From Escherichia coli (GTDB lineage: Bacteria > Pseudomonadota > Gammaproteobacteria > Enterobacterales > Enterobacteriaceae), in assembly GCF_001677475.2 (NCBI RefSeq), contig NZ_CP015229.1: a stretch of 64,000 nucleotides of DNA; one strand, written 5' to 3'. This document shows positions 46,782-59,044 of this stretch, piece by piece; positions within the stretch are counted from its first letter, which is position 1, and each line of letters begins with the position of its first letter. The notes under the pieces were generated by a model. That model was not told the origin of the DNA. It saw nothing but the letters and a program-made list of their open reading frames with translations, and ran no database searches. The translations under genes and the position numbers were made by a program.

Positions 46782-47114
46782 ATGAAAAAAGCACTGCAAG
46801 TCGCAATGTTCAGTCTGTTTACCGTTATTGGCTTTAATGCCCAGGCTAACGAACATCATCATGAAACCATGAGCGAAGCACAACCACAGGTTATTAGCGC
46901 CACTGGCGTGGTAAAAGGTATTGATCTGGAAAGCAAAAAAATCACCATCCATCACGATCCGATTGCTGCCGTGAACTGGCCGGAGATGACCATGCGCTTT
47001 ACCATCACCCCGCAGACGAAGATGGGCGAAATAAAAACCGGCGACAAAGTGGCGTTTAATTTTGTCCAGCAGGGCAACCTTTCTTTATTACAGGATATTA
47101 AAGTCAGCCAGTAA
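46782..47114 (+). CDS. cusF: Periplasmic copper chaperone
   Basis: 110-aa ORF with signal peptide and His/Met-rich region. Confidence 0.95.
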   Translation: MKKALQVAMFSLFTVIGFNAQANEHHHETMSEAQPQVISATGVVKGIDLESKKITIHHDPIAAVNWPEMTMRFTITPQTKMGEIKTGDKVAFNFVQQGNLSLLQDIKVSQ

Positions 47115-47129
47115 CCCAGGTTTAATGAG

Positions 47130-48353
47130 ATGAAAAAAATCGCGCTTATTATCGGCAGCATGATCGCGGGCGGTATTATTTCTGCGGCAGGTTTTACCTG
47201 GTTTGCAAAGGCTGAACCGCTAGTGGAAAAAACGCCGACCGCAGAACGTAAAATCTTATTCTGGTACGACCCGATGTATCCCAATACGCGGTTCGATAAA
47301 CCAGGTAAATCGCCGTTTATGGATATGGATCTGGTGCCGAAATATGCCGATGAAGAGAGTTCTGCGTCTGGTGTACGCATTGACCCGACCCAGACACAGA
47401 ATCTGGGGGTGAAAACGGCTACCGTCACGCGCGGGCCGCTGACTTTTGCCCAGAGTTTCCCGGCGAATGTCAGTTACAACGAGTATAAGTATGCCATTGT
47501 GCAGGCTCGCGCTGCCGGGTTTATCGATAAGGTGTATCCGCTTACCGTGGGCGATAAAGTACAAAAGGGCACACCGCTTCTCGACCTGACCATTCCCGAC
47601 TGGGTGGAAGCGCAGAGTGAGTATTTACTGCTGCGCGAAACCGGCGGTACGGCGACCCAGACTGAAGGCATTCTTGAGCGACTGCGACTGGCGGGAATGC
47701 CGGAAGCTGATATTCGCCGCCTGATCGCCACGCAAAAAATCCAGACTCGCTTTACGCTCAAATCGCCCATTGATGGCGTGATCACCGCGTTTGATCTGCG
47801 CGCGGGAATGAATATCGCCAAAGATAACGTGGTCGCGAAAATTCAGGGTATGGACCCGGTGTGGGTCACTGCTGCGATCCCGGAGTCCATCGCCTGGCTG
47901 GTGAAAGATGCCTCGCAGTTTACGCTCACCGTTCCGGCACGACCGGATAAAACACTCACCATCCGCAAATGGACGCTGCTACCCGGCGTGGATGCCGCAA
48001 CCCGCACGCTGCAGCTGCGCCTGGAAGTCGACAACACCGACGAGGCGCTAAAGCCGGGAATGAACGCCTGGTTGCAACTCAACACCGCCAGCGAACCGAT
48101 GCTGCTCATTCCGTCACAAGCGCTGATTGATACCGGCAGCGAACAGCGGGTGATTACCGTTGATGCCGACGGGCGCTTTGTACCGAAACGTGTTGCCGTT
48201 TTCCAGGCATCGCAAGGCGTCACCGCGTTACGCTCTGGTCTGGCGGAAGGTGAAAAGGTGGTTTCCAGCGGCCTGTTCCTGATCGATTCCGAAGCCAATA
48301 TTTCTGGCGCACTGGAGCGAATGCGCTCTGAAAGTGCTACCCATGCGCATTGA
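47130..48353 (+). CDS. cusB: Membrane fusion protein of the copper/silver efflux system
   Basis: 407-aa HlyD-family ORF. Confidence 0.95.
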   Translation: MKKIALIIGSMIAGGIISAAGFTWFAKAEPLVEKTPTAERKILFWYDPMYPNTRFDKPGKSPFMDMDLVPKYADEESSASGVRIDPTQTQNLGVKTATVTRGPLTFAQSFPANVSYNEYKYAIVQARAAGFIDKVYPLTVGDKVQKGTPLLDLTIPDWVEAQSEYLLLRETGGTATQTEGILERLRLAGMPEADIRRLIATQKIQTRFTLKSPIDGVITAFDLRAGMNIAKDNVVAKIQGMDPVWVTAAIPESIAWLVKDASQFTLTVPARPDKTLTIRKWTLLPGVDAATRTLQLRLEVDNTDEALKPGMNAWLQLNTASEPMLLIPSQALIDTGSEQRVITVDADGRFVPKRVAVFQASQGVTALRSGLAEGEKVVSSGLFLIDSEANISGALERMRSESATHAH

Positions 48354-48364
48354 GGGAATAGCCA

Positions 48365-51300
48365 ATGATTGAATGGATTATTCGTCGCTCGGTGGCGAAC
48401 CGTTTTCTGGTGCTGATGGGCGCGTTGTTTCTGAGTATCTGGGGCACCTGGACCATCATTAACACGCCAGTGGATGCACTGCCGGATCTCTCTGATGTAC
48501 AGGTGATTATTAAAACCAGCTATCCCGGTCAGGCACCGCAAATCGTTGAAAATCAGGTGACTTATCCGCTAACCACCACCATGTTGTCGGTGCCTGGCGC
48601 GAAGACTGTGCGCGGTTTCTCGCAGTTTGGCGACTCTTATGTGTATGTCATTTTCGAAGATGGCACCGATCCGTACTGGGCGCGCTCGCGGGTGCTGGAG
48701 TACCTCAACCAGGTACAGGGTAAGCTGCCTGCGGGAGTCAGCGCCGAGCTGGGGCCAGATGCCACGGGTGTTGGCTGGATCTATGAATATGCACTGGTGG
48801 ATCGCAGCGGTAAGCACGATCTGGCCGATTTACGCTCATTGCAGGACTGGTTTCTCAAATATGAGCTAAAAACCATCCCTGACGTTGCGGAAGTGGCGTC
48901 GGTGGGCGGTGTGGTGAAAGAGTATCAGGTGGTTATCGATCCTCAGCGCCTGGCGCAGTATGGCATCAGTCTCGCCGAAGTAAAAAGCGCGCTGGATGCT
49001 TCAAACCAGGAAGCGGGCGGTTCGTCGATCGAACTGGCGGAAGCGGAATATATGGTGCGCGCCAGCGGCTATCTGCAAACGCTTGACGACTTTAATCACA
49101 TCGTTTTAAAAGCCAGTGAAAATGGCGTGCCCGTTTATCTGTGTGATGTTGCGAAGGTCCAGATTGGCCCGGAGATGCGCCGGGGCATTGCCGAACTAAA
49201 CGGCGAAGGCGAAGTGGCGGGCGGGGTGGTGATCCTGCGCTCCGGCAAAAACGCCCGAGAAGTGATCGCCGCCGTGAAGGACAAACTGGAAACGCTGAAA
49301 AGTAGTCTGCCGGAAGGCGTGGAGATAGTTACAACATACGATCGCAGCCAGCTCATTGACCGCGCCATCGACAACCTCAGCGGCAAGTTGCTGGAAGAGT
49401 TTATTGTGGTGGCGGTAGTCTGTGCGCTGTTTCTCTGGCATGTGCGCTCGGCGCTGGTGGCGATTATTTCGTTGCCGCTGGGGTTGTGTATTGCTTTTAT
49501 TGTCATGCACTTTCAGGGACTGAACGCCAATATTATGTCGCTGGGCGGTATTGCGATTGCCGTCGGGGCGATGGTCGATGCTGCTATCGTCATGATCGAG
49601 AATGCGCATAAACGGCTGGAAGAGTGGCAGCACCAGCATCCTGACGCCACGCTGGATAATAAAACGCGCTGGCAGGTGATTACCGATGCGTCTGTTGAAG
49701 TGGGTCCGGCGCTGTTTATCAGTCTGCTGATTATCACACTGTCGTTTATCCCGATCTTCACCCTGGAAGGGCAGGAAGGGCGTCTGTTTGGCCCGCTGGC
49801 GTTCACCAAAACGTATGCGATGGCGGGCGCGGCGCTGCTGGCGATCGTGGTGATCCCGATCCTGATGGGCTACTGGATCCGTGGCAAAATTCCGCCAGAA
49901 AGCAGTAACCCGCTCAATCGCTTTTTGATTCGTGCTTATCATCCGCTGTTGCTGAAAGTACTGCACTGGCCAAAAACCACGCTGCTGGTGGCAGCGCTTT
50001 CGGTGCTGACGGTTCTCTGGCCGCTCAATAAAGTTGGCGGGGAATTTTTACCGCAGATCAATGAAGGCGACTTGTTGTATATGCCATCGACGCTGCCGGG
50101 GATTTCCGCAGCAGAGGCGGCGAGTATGCTGCAAAAAACCGACAAGCTGATTATGAGCGTACCTGAAGTGGCGCGGGTATTTGGCAAAACCGGGAAAGCG
50201 GAAACCGCCACCGATTCTGCTCCGCTGGAGATGGTAGAAACGACCATCCAGCTTAAGCCACAAGATCAGTGGCGGCCAGGCATGACGATGGGCAAAATCA
50301 TCGAGGAACTGGATAACACCGTGCGGCTGCCGGGGCTGGCGAATCTGTGGGTGCCGCCAATTCGTAACCGTATCGATATGCTCTCGACTGGCATTAAAAG
50401 CCCCATCGGCATTAAAGTTTCCGGCACTGTGCTGGCGGATATCGACGCGATGGCGGAGCAAATTGAAGAAGTGGCACGAACGGTGCCAGGCGTGGCTTCT
50501 GCGCTTGCTGAGCGTCTGGAAGGTGGGCGCTATATCAACGTTGAGATTAACCGTGAAAAAGCCGCGCGTTACGGTATGACGGTGGCGGATGTGCAATTGT
50601 TTGTGACTTCTGCGGTGGGCGGGGCGATGGTTGGCGAAACGGTGGAAGGGATTGCCCGTTATCCGATTAATCTGCGTTATCCGCAAAGCTGGCGCGATAG
50701 TCCGCAGGCACTGCGCCAGTTACCAATTTTGACGCCGATGAAGCAGCAAATTACCCTGGCAGATGTGGCCGACGTTAAAGTCTCTACCGGACCGTCGATG
50801 CTGAAAACCGAGAATGCGCGCCCGACGAGCTGGATTTATATCGATGCCCGCGATCGTGACATGGTGTCGGTGGTTCACGATTTGCAAAAAGCGATAGCTG
50901 AAAAAGTGCAGTTAAAACCGGGCACCAGCGTGGCATTCTCCGGGCAGTTCGAGCTACTGGAGCGCGCCAACCATAAGCTGAAACTCATGGTGCCGATGAC
51001 GTTGATGATCATCTTCGTGCTGTTGTATTTGGCGTTCCGTCGGGTGGGCGAAGCGTTGCTGATTATCAGCAGCGTACCGTTTGCGTTGGTGGGCGGCATC
51101 TGGTTGCTGTGGTGGATGGGCTTTCATCTTTCCGTGGCGACGGGCACTGGCTTTATCGCCCTTGCCGGAGTCGCCGCCGAATTTGGCGTGGTGATGCTGA
51201 TGTATTTACGTCACGCCATAGAGGCCGAGCCGTCGTTGAATAATCCGCAAACATTCAGTGAGCAGAAGCTGGATGAGGCGTTGTATCACGGCGCGGTACT

Positions 51301-51508
51301 GCGCGTGCGTCCGAAAGCAATGACGGTGGCAGTGATTATTGCCGGTCTGCTGCCGATTCTGTGGGGTACGGGAGCAGGTTCAGAGGTGATGAGCCGGATT
51401 GCCGCGCCGATGATTGGCGGCATGATCACCGCGCCTTTGCTGTCGCTGTTTATTATCCCGGCGGCGTATAAGCTGATGTGGCTGCACCGACATCGGGTAC
51501 GGAAATAA
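48365..51508 (+). CDS. cusA: RND heavy-metal efflux pump
   Basis: 1047-aa 12-TM RND transporter. Confidence 0.96.
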   Translation: MIEWIIRRSVANRFLVLMGALFLSIWGTWTIINTPVDALPDLSDVQVIIKTSYPGQAPQIVENQVTYPLTTTMLSVPGAKTVRGFSQFGDSYVYVIFEDGTDPYWARSRVLEYLNQVQGKLPAGVSAELGPDATGVGWIYEYALVDRSGKHDLADLRSLQDWFLKYELKTIPDVAEVASVGGVVKEYQVVIDPQRLAQYGISLAEVKSALDASNQEAGGSSIELAEAEYMVRASGYLQTLDDFNHIVLKASENGVPVYLCDVAKVQIGPEMRRGIAELNGEGEVAGGVVILRSGKNAREVIAAVKDKLETLKSSLPEGVEIVTTYDRSQLIDRAIDNLSGKLLEEFIVVAVVCALFLWHVRSALVAIISLPLGLCIAFIVMHFQGLNANIMSLGGIAIAVGAMVDAAIVMIENAHKRLEEWQHQHPDATLDNKTRWQVITDASVEVGPALFISLLIITLSFIPIFTLEGQEGRLFGPLAFTKTYAMAGAALLAIVVIPILMGYWIRGKIPPESSNPLNRFLIRAYHPLLLKVLHWPKTTLLVAALSVLTVLWPLNKVGGEFLPQINEGDLLYMPSTLPGISAAEAASMLQKTDKLIMSVPEVARVFGKTGKAETATDSAPLEMVETTIQLKPQDQWRPGMTMGKIIEELDNTVRLPGLANLWVPPIRNRIDMLSTGIKSPIGIKVSGTVLADIDAMAEQIEEVARTVPGVASALAERLEGGRYINVEINREKAARYGMTVADVQLFVTSAVGGAMVGETVEGIARYPINLRYPQSWRDSPQALRQLPILTPMKQQITLADVADVKVSTGPSMLKTENARPTSWIYIDARDRDMVSVVHDLQKAIAEKVQLKPGTSVAFSGQFELLERANHKLKLMVPMTLMIIFVLLYLAFRRVGEALLIISSVPFALVGGIWLLWWMGFHLSVATGTGFIALAGVAAEFGVVMLMYLRHAIEAEPSLNNPQTFSEQKLDEALYHGAVLRVRPKAMTVAVIIAGLLPILWGTGAGSEVMSRIAAPMIGGMITAPLLSLFIIPAAYKLMWLHRHRVRK

Positions 51509-51609
51509 AAGCAGGATACCCCGTTTAACCGTGTGGATTGTGTCTTGCGACGATGGGCACTAAATGTTAAAAGGTGCCCCTCAACAAAAAAGACACACAG
51601 GGGAAAGGC

Positions 51610-52986
51610 GTGAAAAACGCGTCAACCGTATCGGAAGATACTGCGTCGAATCAAGAGCCGACGCTTCATCGCGGATTACATAACCGTCATATTCAACTGA
51701 TTGCGCTGGGTGGCGCAATTGGTACTGGTCTGTTTCTTGGCATTGGCCCGGCGATTCAGATGGCGGGTCCGGCTGTATTGCTGGGCTACGGCGTCGCCGG
51801 GATCATCGCTTTCCTGATTATGCGCCAGCTTGGCGAAATGGTGGTTGAGGAGCCGGTATCCGGTTCATTTGCCCACTTTGCCTATAAATACTGGGGACCG
51901 TTTGCGGGCTTCCTCTCTGGCTGGAACTACTGGGTAATGTTCGTGCTGGTGGGAATGGCAGAGCTGACCGCTGCGGGCATCTATATGCAGTACTGGTTCC
52001 CGGATGTTCCAACGTGGATTTGGGCTGCCGCCTTCTTTATTATCATCAACGCCGTTAACCTGGTGAACGTGCGCTTATATGGCGAAACCGAGTTCTGGTT
52101 TGCGCTGATTAAAGTGCTGGCGATCATCGGTATGATCGGCTTTGGCCTGTGGCTGCTGTTTTCTGGTCACGGCGGCGAGAAAGCCAGTATCGACAACCTC
52201 TGGCGCTACGGTGGTTTCTTCGCCACCGGCTGGAATGGGCTGATTTTGTCGCTGGCGGTAATTATGTTCTCCTTCGGCGGTCTGGAGCTGATTGGGATTA
52301 CAGCCGCTGAAGCGCGCGATCCGGAAAAAAGCATCCCGAAAGCAGTGAATCAGGTGGTGTATCGCATCCTGCTGTTTTATATCGGTTCACTGGTGGTTTT
52401 ACTGGCACTCTATCCGTGGGTGGAAGTGAAATCTAACAGTAGCCCGTTTGTGATGATTTTCCATAATCTCGACAGCAACGTGGTAGCTTCTGCGCTGAAC
52501 TTCGTCATTCTGGTAGCATCGCTGTCAGTGTATAACAGCGGGGTTTACTCTAACAGCCGCATGCTGTTTGGCCTTTCTGTGCAGGGTAATGCGCCGAAGT
52601 TTTTGACTCGCGTCAGCCGTCGCGGCGTGCCGATTAACTCGCTGATGCTTTCCGGAGCGATCACTTCGCTGGTGGTGTTAATCAACTATCTGCTGCCGCA
52701 AAAAGCGTTTGGTCTGCTGATGGCGCTGGTGGTAGCAACGCTGCTGTTGAACTGGATTATGATCTGTCTGGCGCATCTGCGTTTTCGTGCAGCGATGCGA
52801 CGTCAGGGGCGTGAAACACAGTTTAAGGCGCTGCTCTATCCGTTCGGCAACTATCTTTGCATCGCCTTCCTCGCCATGATTTTGCTGCTGATGTGCACGA
52901 TGGATGATATGCGCTTGTCAGCGATTCTGCTGCCGGTGTGGATTGTATTCCTGTTTGTGGCGTTTAAAACGCTGCGTCGGAAATAA
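51610..52986 (+). CDS. pheP: Phenylalanine-specific permease (APC family)
   Basis: GTG start at 51610 after RBS aggggaaagg gives 458 aa (VKNASTVSEDTASNQ...); track ORF starts upstream. Confidence 0.9.
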   Translation: MKNASTVSEDTASNQEPTLHRGLHNRHIQLIALGGAIGTGLFLGIGPAIQMAGPAVLLGYGVAGIIAFLIMRQLGEMVVEEPVSGSFAHFAYKYWGPFAGFLSGWNYWVMFVLVGMAELTAAGIYMQYWFPDVPTWIWAAAFFIIINAVNLVNVRLYGETEFWFALIKVLAIIGMIGFGLWLLFSGHGGEKASIDNLWRYGGFFATGWNGLILSLAVIMFSFGGLELIGITAAEARDPEKSIPKAVNQVVYRILLFYIGSLVVLLALYPWVEVKSNSSPFVMIFHNLDSNVVASALNFVILVASLSVYNSGVYSNSRMLFGLSVQGNAPKFLTRVSRRGVPINSLMLSGAITSLVVLINYLLPQKAFGLLMALVVATLLLNWIMICLAHLRFRAAMRRQGRETQFKALLYPFGNYLCIAFLAMILLLMCTMDDMRLSAILLPVWIVFLFVAFKTLRRK

Positions 52987-53017
52987 GGCATTCACGCTAC
53001 ATCCGACAAAACGATGT

Positions 53018-53051
53018 CCGCTCTCATCCATTCGATGAGAGCGGTTTTTTT
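53018..53051. terminator. Bidirectional intrinsic terminator between convergent pheP and ybdG
   Basis: ccgctctcatc-cattc-gatgagagcgg followed by T7. Confidence 0.8.
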
Positions 53052-53053
53052 AA

Positions 53054-54349
<1,296 letters not shown>

Positions 54350-54408
54350 TTATGCAAATCAGGAGAATCTGAGGGGAAATAGCCGGGCAGATGCCCGGCA
54401 AGAGATAA

Positions 54409-55062
54409 TTACACTTCGGTTAAGGTGATGTTTTGCGGCAGACGAGATTTCGGCAGCGTAGCGTTAAAATCTTCAACGCTGTGATGACCCACCGGAACAA
54501 CCACCAGACTGGTGTAGCCTTTCTCTTTCAGACCAAACTCTGCATCGAGGATGGCGGCGTCAAAACCTTCGATGGGTACCGCGTCCAGACCCAGCGCCGC
54601 CACGCCCAGCAGGAAGTTACCGACGTTGAGATAAACCTGTTTTGCCATCCACTCTGCATCATCATGCAGATCTTTACGGTGCATATCGGCGAAGAACTTG
54701 CGACCTTTATCGTTCGCGGCTTTCGCTTCCGGCGTGGCAAAGCGGCCATCAGCATCTTCCTGGTCAACAACCAGCTTCAGCCAGGCATCGTCCATCGCGG
54801 TTTTTGCACAGAACACCACGACGTGCGAGGCATCAAGCATTTTACGCTCGTTGAACACGTAATTACCGGCAGCGGATTTGGCAACACGCGCTTTTCCTTC
54901 TTCCGTGCTGGCAACAATAAAATGCCACGGTTGGGAGTTGGTGCTGGATGGGCTGTATTGCAGTAGCGTTTTGATCTGCTCGGCCTGTTCCGGGGTAAGT
55001 TTTTTGCTGGCATCAAATGCCTTAGTGGAATGACGCTTTAAGGCGACAGAAATGATATCCAT
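54409..55062 (-). CDS. nfsB: Oxygen-insensitive NAD(P)H nitroreductase
   Basis: Start set at [17 protein letters not shown] (217 aa). Confidence 0.95.
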   Translation of the reverse strand: MDIISVALKRHSTKAFDASKKLTPEQAEQIKTLLQYSPSSTNSQPWHFIVASTEEGKARVAKSAAGNYVFNERKMLDASHVVVFCAKTAMDDAWLKLVVDQEDADGRFATPEAKAANDKGRKFFADMHRKDLHDDAEWMAKQVYLNVGNFLLGVAALGLDAVPIEGFDAAILDAEFGLKEKGYTSLVVVPVGHHSVEDFNATLPKSRLPQNITLTEV

Positions 55063-55155
55063 AAAGACTCCATGTGAAAGTAATTTTGCGTGCCAGCAGA
55101 TTACAAGGTTCAACAAGAAATGGTAAGCGAGAAAAATGCGCTATAGATTTCCGCT

Positions 55156-55524
55156 TTAGCCTGGACGCACTCTTTTTTGATCGCGTTTAGCCAGACCATC
55201 AACCACCAGATTCCACGAATCGTTGATCAGATCGCGAAGTAACGCTTCGGAGATTTCCTCGCCGGGATACACCGAAATCCAGTGCTTTTTATTCATGTGA
55301 TACCCTGGCTTAATGCTTGGGTATATTTGCTGATTTAACAGGGATTTTTGTGGATCGGACTTCAGATTGATAAAGGGGACGTCGCGCAGCTCCGACGACA
55401 GCATAAAAATTTTGCCGCCAATTTTAAAAACATCGAACTCCGGGCCAAAAGGCCAGCAAAGCTCGACAAAGGGTAACTCAAGGGCCAGGCGTTTCGCCGT
55501 TTCGTGCAGTGATTGCTTATCCAT
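55156..55524 (-). CDS. ybdF: DUF419 protein
   Basis: 122-aa ORF; conserved position after nfsB. Confidence 0.88.
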   Translation of the reverse strand: MDKQSLHETAKRLALELPFVELCWPFGPEFDVFKIGGKIFMLSSELRDVPFINLKSDPQKSLLNQQIYPSIKPGYHMNKKHWISVYPGEEISEALLRDLINDSWNLVVDGLAKRDQKRVRPG

Positions 55525-55588
55525 AAACGTTCCTTTAGGCGAAGGAGAATAAGCAAAGTATGCCGCGAAGTTCGGCGATAATCGACGT

Positions 55589-55837
55589 TTAATCCGCTAG
55601 CGAGAACCAGCGTCGCCAGATAAAGCGCAGAACAAAATACTCAATAGCGCCCAGCACTAAAAACCACAGGCAAAACAATAAAGTGTAAAGCTGACTAAGA
55701 TCCATCAGATGAAACATGGTCACCAGTTTTTGTGCCAGCGTCAGCCCCAGTGCGGGGGCGGGCAGCAGCAGGCAAGAGAGGAAAGCCATCAGCAAAATGC
55801 CTGCTGCGGTGGTCAAGGTTTCTAAAGGGTGTTTCAT
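55589..55837 (-). CDS. ybdJ: Small membrane protein
   Basis: 82-aa ORF with two hydrophobic segments. Confidence 0.85.
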   Translation of the reverse strand: MKHPLETLTTAAGILLMAFLSCLLLPAPALGLTLAQKLVTMFHLMDLSQLYTLLFCLWFLVLGAIEYFVLRFIWRRWFSLAD

Positions 55838-55902
55838 AACATTGTTAAATGTAAGTTAAAACACCATTGTCAGGGATATTCTTCTGTAAGGCAATTCCCG
55901 GC

Positions 55903-57030
<1,128 letters not shown>

Positions 57031-57472
57031 TTATGTTGGCGTTTTCTATTCAGTATAGAAGTGGGAGCGACTGGGCGAGATGCGGAAGTTCTGGAATGTT
57101 TCTTTTTTTGGTGATGGTGAACTGATTGTGACTGAAGAAGTTTGGCTACTTTTGCAATGTGACAAGTTATGGCAGAGCTGGCTGGTGGCGAAGAATTTTG
57201 ACGATTGAGGCATGCAGAAAAAAACGGGTTCAGCTTCAGTTGATCAAATGAGGAGTGAGAAGTCTGAAACAGGACTAACTGTATAAATAAACAGCTATTT
57301 TGCTGAGGAAGGGTAAGATAACGGCGGGTGCCTGAAGCTTTCCGGTTTCAGGTTTACTCTGAGGTCTGGAAAGATGAAGCCCCAGGAGATATTTCTATCA
57401 ACCCTGGGGCTGCCACTCCAAACCCGAACAATTTGGATGGTAGTCCCTTCTTCGCATGGAGGCAATATAAAC

Positions 57473-57625
57473 ATGCTGACGAAATATGCCCTTGTGGCAG
57501 TCATAGTGCTGTGTTTGACGGTACTGGGATTTACGCTTCTGGTCGGAGACTCGCTGTGTGAGTTTACGGTGAAGGAACGTAATATTGAGTTTAAGGCTGT
57601 TCTCGCTTACGAACCGAAGAAGTAG
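57473..57625 (+). CDS. hokE: Hok-family host-killing toxin, copy 1 (50 aa)
   Basis: [53 protein letters not shown] ggagg; in this copy an upstream ORF is fused in frame (track ORF 57374..57625). Confidence 0.9.
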   Translation: MLTKYALVAVIVLCLTVLGFTLLVGDSLCEFTVKERNIEFKAVLAYEPKK

Positions 57626-57976
57626 CCGTTGTGCGGGGAGTAATCCCCGCATATCCGGTTGTCAGGTCAGGGTGGTAAGGCACCTGCTTTACACTTTCGC
57701 CCGCGGTCAGCAATGGCTGCGGGCGATGTCGTTTTAAGGGCAATGATCAGTTTTGCCAACAGAAGTCCGAAACAGGATTCACTGTATAAATAAACAGCTA
57801 TTTTGCTGAGGAAGGGTAAGATAACGGCGGGTGCCTGAAGCTTTCCGGTTTCAGGTTAACTCTGAGGTCTGGAAAGATGAAGCCCCAGGATGATATTTCT
57901 ATCAACCCTGGGGCTACCTACCCAAACCTGAACAATTTGGATGGTAGTCCCTTCTTCGCATGGAGGCAATATAAAC

Positions 57977-58129
57977 ATGCTGACGAAATATGCCCTTGTG
58001 GCAGTCATAGTGCTGTGTTTAACGGTGCTGGGATTTACGCTTCTGGTCGGAGACTCGCTGTGTGAGTTTACGGTGAAGGAACGTAATATTGAGTTTAAGG
58101 CTGTTCTCGCTTACGAACCGAAGAAGTAG
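57977..58129 (+). CDS. hokE: Hok-family host-killing toxin, copy 2 (50 aa)
   Basis: Identical 50-aa Hok; overlapping mok frame intact (track ORF 57877..58065). Confidence 0.9.
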   Translation: MLTKYALVAVIVLCLTVLGFTLLVGDSLCEFTVKERNIEFKAVLAYEPKK

Positions 58130-58250
58130 CCGTTGTGCGGGGAGTAATCCCCGCATATCCGGTTGTCAGGTCAGGATGGTAAGGCACCTGCTTTACACTT
58201 TCGCCCGTGGTCAGTGATGGCTGCGGGCGAATCGTACCAGATGTTGTCAA

Positions 58251-58880
58251 TTAATCGTGTTGGCACAGCGTTATGACTATTTTTTCTTTTATCTGCCAGT
58301 GCACAGCAAACTGCTCATCCTCTAGTCGAATGATGATCTGCTGTTTATTCCAGCTAATTATCTGATAATCCAGAAAACCTTGAGCGGCCTGTATCTTGCT
58401 TGCCTTAAATGCGCTCTCTTTGGCGGAAAATGCCAGTGTCAGCGCCAGAGAAAAGGTTAAACCGCATTCTGCGAGTCGCTCGTGTTCTGCTGGTGTAATA
58501 ATGTTGTCTGTCAATTCTCTTGCGGTTTGTACAGAGAAAATCTCTTCGATATCAATGCCAATCGGTTGACGAGTTACCACGGCTAATGCCGTAGCCCCAC
58601 AGTGGCTAATACTGCCGTATACCTCCGCAGGCCACACAGGTTGGCGTAGCTCGCCGATTGCGGGCACACATTTATAGCCATATTCCCGCAGCGCATAAAC
58701 TGCAGCGATCCGTCCGGCTAAATGCTCTGTTTTACGTTTACGTCCAGCGTGTTGCAGTTGTGCGTAGTGCGGCAGCCAGAGTAAATCCTGCTCGCGAAAA
58801 CTCGCCGGATCAAACTCAACAAAATGCAGCGTATGTCCTGCAAAGGGGAGGGAGGTATGCGTAGTTTTCATGTCGACCAT
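58251..58880 (-). CDS. entD: Phosphopantetheinyl transferase for enterobactin synthase
   Basis: Start set at MVDMKTTHTSLPF (209 aa); the longer track ORF would run into the REP element. Confidence 0.9.
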   Translation of the reverse strand: MVDMKTTHTSLPFAGHTLHFVEFDPASFREQDLLWLPHYAQLQHAGRKRKTEHLAGRIAAVYALREYGYKCVPAIGELRQPVWPAEVYGSISHCGATALAVVTRQPIGIDIEEIFSVQTARELTDNIITPAEHERLAECGLTFSLALTLAFSAKESAFKASKIQAAQGFLDYQIISWNKQQIIIRLEDEQFAVHWQIKEKIVITLCQHD

Positions 58881-58908
58881 ATTAGAGAATGATGACAAAC
58901 GCAAAACT

Positions 58909-59006
58909 GCCTGATGCGCTACGCTTATCAGGCCTACGTGGTCCTGCAATATATTGAATTGGCAAGATTTTGTAGGCCGGATAAGGCGTTCACGCCGCAT
59001 CCGGCA
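58909..59006. repeat. REP/BIME element between entD and fepA
   Basis: gcctgatgcgctacgcttatcaggcctac...tgtaggccggataaggcgttcacgccgcatccggca; near-identical to 554..651. Confidence 0.85.
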
Positions 59007-59044
59007 TGAACGACGCGCACTTTGTCAACAATCTGACGTTAGCA

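Larger units (their letters stand above)
57258..58230 (+). repeat. Tandem direct duplication of a hok/mok/sok type I TA locus (two ~470-bp units, period 503 bp)
   Basis: Units 57258..57726 and 57761..58230 are near-identical by eye, each with mok, hok and the terminator palindrome cggggagtaatccccg. Confidence 0.9.

Noticed and set aside
47843-50686. Several 200-256-aa ORFs antisense to or out of frame with cusB/cusA (for example 49196..49966, 50048..50686, 47843..48541)
   Set aside because: They fall inside the well-supported cusB and cusA reading frames and have repetitive Arg/His-rich translations typical of spurious frames.
57080-57208. 42-codon ORF (MRKFWNVSFFGDGELIVTEEVWLLLQCDKLWQSWLVAKNFDD) between ybdK and the hok repeats
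   Set aside because: No convincing Shine-Dalgarno at proper spacing and no recognisable family; kept only as a note for ribosome-profiling data.
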